Source of the DNA: Massalongia carnosa | Lineage: Eukaryota | Length of the DNA: 64,000 nucleotides | Direction: 5' to 3' | NCBI GenBank assembly: GCA_965645245.1 | Contig: OZ287074.1 | Span: 682,001-746,000, forward strand | Part shown: piece by piece, positions 58,651-64,000 of the stretch | How the letters are laid out: every line of letters begins with the position of its first letter | Numbering within the stretch: the first letter of the stretch is position 1 | The notes under the pieces: model-generated | The model's database searches: none | What the model was told of the DNA's origin: nothing | What the model saw: the letters and a program-made list of their open reading frames with translations, nothing else | Position numbers and translations under genes: made by a program

Positions 58651-58967
58651 GCCCATTCATTCGGAATGGCCACACCCCCTCAGGCCGAAGCCTTTCACCT
58701 CATCGAAAAAGCCCATTCAGTCGGAATGGCCACACCCCCCAGGCCGAAGCCTTTCACCTCATCGAAAAAGCCCATTTAGTCGGAATGGCCACACCCCCCA
58801 GGCCGAAGCCTTTCACCTCATCGAAAAAGTCCATTCAGTCGGAATGGCCACACCCCCCAGGCCGAAGCCTTTCACCTCATCGAAAAAGCCCATTCAGTCG
58901 GAATGGCCACACCCCCCAGGCGGAAGCCTCTCACCTCATCGAAAAAGCCCATTCATTCGGAATGGCC
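58651..58967. repeat. 59-bp tandem array, 5 copies plus a partial, each with an internal palindrome
   Basis: Unit GCCCATTCAGTCGGAATGGCCACACCCCCCAGGCCGAAGCCTTTCACCTCATCGAAAAA starting at 58651, 58711, 58770, 58829, 58888 and 58947. Confidence 0.95.
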
Positions 58968-59330
58968 AAATTTTCACATTTTCATTTGTACGACACCACG
59001 ATCTGCCCTCGATCATGGCCAGTCTATCATCTATTGAGCCAAAATGGTTAAAGAGAGAGAATGTTCGTCGAACGTGTGGAGATACACTGTCTAGTTCATC
59101 GGGTCTATAGGATTCCTAGCGCTTGAAGATCTGGGTGTATGCACCGCGTGGTAGAAGAACGATCTCGTTGCGTTCAATATGGAATAAAAGGGAGTGGTTT
59201 TACCCTGGGGGCCAGGTTTCCACTTCCTGACTGTTTTTTATGTACAATAATGTGATAGCAAATCTGATAGCCAGCAAATGTAGTAAACTAACTAGCCACT
59301 AGTATTAAAACCGGAGTCTGCCGCCTTGGC

Positions 59331-59358
59331 ATTCGAGAAATTTCCCTGAGAAGGTTCT
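59331..59358. promoter_or_regulatory. Heat-shock element upstream of HSP10
   Basis: Three perfect alternating pentamers aTTCg-aGAAa-tTTCc, plus aGAAg-gTTCt, ~140-160 bp before the ATG of a chaperonin gene. Confidence 0.75.
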
Positions 59359-59492
59359 TTGGTTTAAAAAACCAACAAACATCTATCGAGCTCAGCAACT
59401 ATCCACCCAGCCATCCATAAATCTGTCAACCAATATATTTGAACAGGCAGACAAGATATACATCCTGTAGTATAATATTATTTTTCGCAATT

Positions 59493-60004
59493 ATGGTAGG
59501 GCCCTTCATAATAATATCAAAGACCGTTAGATCCGCAGCTGACGCTCCGACAGACTACAGCTCTTAAATCGATCAAATCGCTAGCACCACTTCTCGACCG
59601 CATCCTCGTTCAGAGAATTAAGGCTGATACCAAAACTGCCGGGGGTATCTTTCTGCCAGAAAGCAGCGTAAAAGAGCTCAACGAGGCTAAAGTGCTTGCT
59701 GTTGGTCCTGGAGGGCTTGACAAGGAAGGGAAGAGGGTAACACCGAGTGTTGTACCTGGAGACAAGGTCCTAATACCACAGGTATGTTCACAGGCTACTC
59801 TTCTTCGAGTGCTTTACATGGCTTTTGATTGGGTATGTCGTGCTAATTGAGGCTATTACAGTATGGAGGGAGCCCCGTGAAGGTTGGGGATGAAGAGTAC
59901 TCGCTATTCAGGGACCACGAGTAAGTTCACAGCCTGCGTCTGGGCTTCATATAGCCAAACGACCACTAACCGTTGCTAGGCTGCTTGCCAAGATCAACGA
60001 ATAG
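59493..60004 (+). CDS. HSP10: Mitochondrial co-chaperonin Hsp10; 3 introns; absent from the ORF track
   Basis: Spliced M|TTALKSIKSLAPLLDRILVQRIKADTKTAGGIFLPESSVKELNEAKVLAVGPG...GDKVLIPQ|YGGSPVKVGDEEYSLFRDHE|LLAKINE*. Confidence 0.96.
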
Positions 60005-60658
60005 AGCCTCGCGATCTCTTTCTCTCCTGTGTACCATATGTAAACCTATTTGATAAAGCTAGTTAGTGGATCTGCGCGCCTTTCATAAAGTTTAGCGTTG
60101 CATATTCAGTAATGTAGATACTGGAGTAATATCTCTCCGCTCAAAAGCCTCTCTATCAAGCTTCAAACTGTGGTCTTAGCAATGTATCAGTACGAGAAGT
60201 CGGAAGATGTGAACTACCTTACATCGAGAGAAGATTTCGAAAGCCTTAGATCTGCTTAATGCTTCGATTAAAGCATTATGTATAGATACCCTTTTCGAAA
60301 AGGTTATAGATCTGGGAGCACTTTTCAGACCAATACTACTAACTTTCGCAAAATATTGAACCTATTTACAGTGCACACGCTCTATAACCTACAGTTAGAA
60401 TTGTTTGAAATCGTCTGATCTTAGTTTTTAACTTATTAATCCTGTACATTGCCATCCGGAAGACTCATATAACCTTGGCTTATGTAATGAGGCCAATTTT
60501 CCGTAGATTTTTCCGTAGAAAGAGGCGTATGTAATAAAACTTTCACTGTAAAGATATTTTGCCTAGGTACCTCTTATATTAGGCAAGCCTAATACTTTCC
60601 TCAGATCCGACAAAGTATCTACGACTTCATTCAGCTTCATCCTACTACAGTTATCGCC

Positions 60659-61508
60659 ATGGCATCGTCCTCAACCGGTTCATCGCCCCTCCTCTAGTTA
60701 GCTGCCTAGATCCCAATCATAGGTCCAAGGCTGACTGCTGCTCTCAAGCTCCTGTATCGCCTACCGCACAACCATTCTCACCGAACACACCACCTCTGCC
60801 TCCTCGCAAATCTCCTCTCTCGCATCTATCATCCTCCCCAAAATCGATCACCGCACTCCTCAAAAACTTACCTACACCCACAACCAGAACTTCATCCATT
60901 ACATAGCTGACGCACCCTCCGACTATCCATCTGCCGACCCCTCTGCGGGCGGCTTGACTTATCTAGTCATCGCCTCGTCTTCCTTTGGTCGCCGCATCCC
61001 TTTCGGCTACTTGGTCGAAATAAAGAAACAGTTCCTTGCACGGTATGATCCCCAGAACACGGACTTTGCATCTCTGCCACCCTATGGAGCCGCGGATTTC
61101 AACGCGCAATTGAAGAGCCTGATGGTGGGGTACGGGACGACGCAGGCGGGCAAGCAAGATGCGATTGCGAATGTGCAGCACGACATTGACGACGTTAAGG
61201 GGATCATGACAGAGAACATTGAGAGGGTTTTGGAGAGGGGGGAGCGAATTGATCTGCTGGTCGACAAGACGGATCGCTTAGGAATAGGGGCGCATGACTT
61301 TCGGGTGCGGAGCAGGGGTCTGAAGCGGCAGATGTGGTGGAAGAATGTGAAGTTGATGGTTTTGTTGGGCGTTGTGATTGTGTTTTTGATTTATCTGTTT
61401 GTGGGCTTTGGATGTGGGTTGCCAGGTAAGAAAAACTCATTTTTTGTTGGGTGAAGAAGACACTAATGGAATTATGTATTAGGATGGTCGAGGTGTGTAG
61501 GGAAATGA
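60659..61508 (+). CDS. VAMP7: Longin-domain R-SNARE (VAMP7/Nyv1-like); 2 introns
   Basis: Spliced LLYSCIAYRTTILTEH; longin domain (FGRRIPFGYL); synaptobrevin motif VKGIMTENIERVLERGERIDLLVDKT; MWWKN followed by a TM helix; last exon GWSRCVGK*. Confidence 0.92.
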
Positions 61509-64000
61509 TCATTATATGCTCGAGTGGTGCTGGGTGTACATGGCGTCGGTTACTCTGAAATATCCTGTATCATAGATAGGCGTAGCATTGATACCCTGTT
61601 TGTTGATACATATCATGACTCAATTTTAAGTATCATGCTTAAGGTTTCTGCTAATAGATGGATCCTCAAAAGCTCTTTACTATTTCCAGCTTAGGAGAGG
61701 GATAACCCATCAAAGCCTGGTAAGCGTCCACTTTTCTTTTTCGAATCCGAAGCTCCAGATCAAAAACCCATTTCTTGGATCGAACTTCCTTTCTCAAAAC
61801 CCAGCAGAGCCCATCTTCCCGCATGCAACTACTCGGTTTCTAACTACCTAAGCCCCCAAGCCCCTTGGACTTTCAAATCCCCACCAAACCCCATACGGTC
61901 GCCTTCTCGTCTCTTCTAAAACCTCCCCAACCATCCCAATCCCTAAACCAAATCCCCTATGGACTATTCGCCATTCTTCAGGCGCTGAACACTTTGCTTG
62001 TCCCAACTGAGCATAAAATGTGGTAGAAAACGAACGTGTGGCATGGGGTGCTTTTCAATCGTGTGGTAGCTTGCTAGGTAGTTCTATGTTGTCTATCAGC
62101 ATTGCCGCCGATTAGAAAAGCCAACCCTGTTTGTTCGGGCCTCGACTATGTACCAAGGGGCAACATGAGTGGAAGTGTGAGTGACGTGGTGTTGGTATAC
62201 ACTTGAAAGAAGACAGCGATTAATAAAGCATCAAGGTGAGAATTAAGTGCAAATCTGCTTTGGTGCACGGCAACCTATTTAGTAATGTATAGTATAAATC
62301 TAGGGATTTTCCGGGACTTTCAACGGTGCCCCCCCTTAATCCTCGGGAGCAGAAGGCGGCATTGCTTGCCTTGGTAAGATGCCCTGGGCCTTTCTTTATA
62401 TGTGGACGTTGTTCTCGCCTTGGTAGGGTCTCGGATATGTGCTTATCCAGTATTAATAGGTTATATATAATTTTTATTTTCGGTGTTGCAGTATTGACAT
62501 TTGGAAAGCATTCAGAACTCTCGCCCTCAAGGTAGCTAGGTGCATTTGCAATTCGGCTTGAATTGGCCGATATCATCCAAGATGATGACGGACGTGCAGT
62601 TCTAACAGCGATCGGCAGTCGGAAGGTGTGCTGTTCCGGTAACCGATTATACAGCTAGAGCCGTTCACAGCTATAATGTCAATATGAACGGCTGGACCAT
62701 ATGTAAGTTACTTTTGCTTATATATAATATATATCGTCTGCAGTCTTTGTGTGCCTGTAATCCGCAATAATGCTAGATTTGCAAGGGATGGTTTAGTCTT
62801 ATTTTTTTGGACAAGAATATCGAAACTGATATTTAGCGTTTGGGGATTAAGGTCTCTTTGGCTTTGCAGGTCGATGAATTGTTTGTCCTCAGTTAGGGAG
62901 TTATGCAGGGATGATTTTGCTATAACTACCTTATCAAATCTAGGAAAAGGAACAAAGACCAATCAGCAGGCAAAATCGTTAACGGGAATCCCTAAAGGCT
63001 GCTATGCTTGGTACGATGGCACGGTAGCCCCGTTGGTGCTCCCTTTCTTATTTAAGCTCTCTATAGGATTACTCATCCATGATTGCTTTGGTGGCTATAC
63101 TAACATTCTCAGCAACGCACGGTCCACTTTCCATGAAAAACGACCGATAGCTTGAAAGTTCAAACTAGCATATAACGAATTCTCTTAACCAGGTTCCCTA
63201 TAAGGATCTTTTTATAAGAATGGCTATATGGATTATCACCGCTCGCTGCGTGGAATAACCGCCGCCTTATGGTTGCTGCTCTCTTATATCTTCTCATACA
63301 TACCAAGACCTGGAGTTAGGTGTTTTGAATCCATGGATCTAGCCTTTTAGCTTTCAGGCTAGGTTTTTGGGTTGCATGTGCAGAATTATCTGGCCTCTGA
63401 CAGCGCTGGATCAATCGGTGTTCAAGACCAAACACTCCTTTTTGATAAGAGGAAGCCCAAAAAAGTACTTGACGCGAGACTAGCATAGGATTCTCTTGAG
63501 TAAGAGTTACACCGGCAAAATTTCGCTATCTCTGTACCGGATGATTTGCAGTCGCCTTCTGGTTCTTAATGGAATTCATCCTTCTCATACACCGGACTTC
63601 TCCGGGTAAATTACAGATAAAATCCTGTGGTAGAAAGAAAATGCCTCAAAAAGCAAAACAATAAAACTGCTTTCCAAGGACCATCCTTCAATACTCAATA
63701 TGAAGATGCACTGGAAGCCATTATTTCTCCTGGAATTTTTGGTGGACTGTAGCGACAGGCAGCTGTTTCGTGCCCAGAAAACCTTCATACGGGTTATCCA
63801 TGGATCGACGGCGGTGGACTGGTACTGGTTCAATCATGCAGCGGCCCCGGCCTAATCCCGATGTGGTCTAGTATGGCACCTTAACGGAGGTGCTGAAAAT
63901 GATACGGGAGTTAGTGGAGCTGCTACTAGTGATGATGGTGGTGCTAGTGGAAGGTTTTCCGGTTGTATACTGATTTGTATGCGGCATATGCCATCAATCG

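Noticed and set aside
58651..58967. CRISPR array
   Set aside because: The units are contiguous with no unique spacers, there are no cas genes, and the context is eukaryotic. The ORFs over it are repeat artefacts.
61900..64000. Short ORFs at the window end (and similarly at 28400-30500 and 9000-11600)
   Set aside because: No recognisable motifs or coherent exon structure; a decayed gene or TE cannot be excluded without a search.

Overview
Intron-containing nuclear DNA from a filamentous ascomycete (Pezizomycotina; inferred from gene content and short GT-AG introns with CTAAC/CTGAC branch points). Bases 1-40 kb are gene-rich. They hold the 3' end of a Tc1/mariner transposase, a HAD phosphatase, XAP5/FAM50, meiotic HEI10, two related F-box-like orphans, a membrane-anchored aspartic pseudo-protease, a large repeat-rich GPI-type surface protein, an Asi1/3-type RING ligase, ULA1, RKI1, a Pof10-like F-box/UIM protein and a YDR061W-like soluble ABC ATPase. 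Bases 40.7-59 kb are a transposon island. It contains a young Copia element (407-bp LTRs differing at one base, GCTAT TSD) whose RT core is deleted in frame, a decayed SNF2-like helicase fragment, and a pogo/Fot1 transposase split by four insertions. Those insertions are an RT-less chromovirus, two solo LTRs, and a TSD-flanked chimera of a Tad1-like LINE 3' end with ~1.8 kb of non-coding, hairpin-rich sequence. HSP10 (with a heat-shock element) and a VAMP7-like SNARE follow. The most striking unexplained signal is a ~55-nt junction motif with covarying stems, present four times in the non-coding part of the LINE chimera. Also notable are the parallel loss of RT in both LTR elements and a CpC-biased C-to-T mutation pattern in the pogo element. 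All calls are by eye from motifs; no searches were run, and exon boundaries are approximate unless stated.
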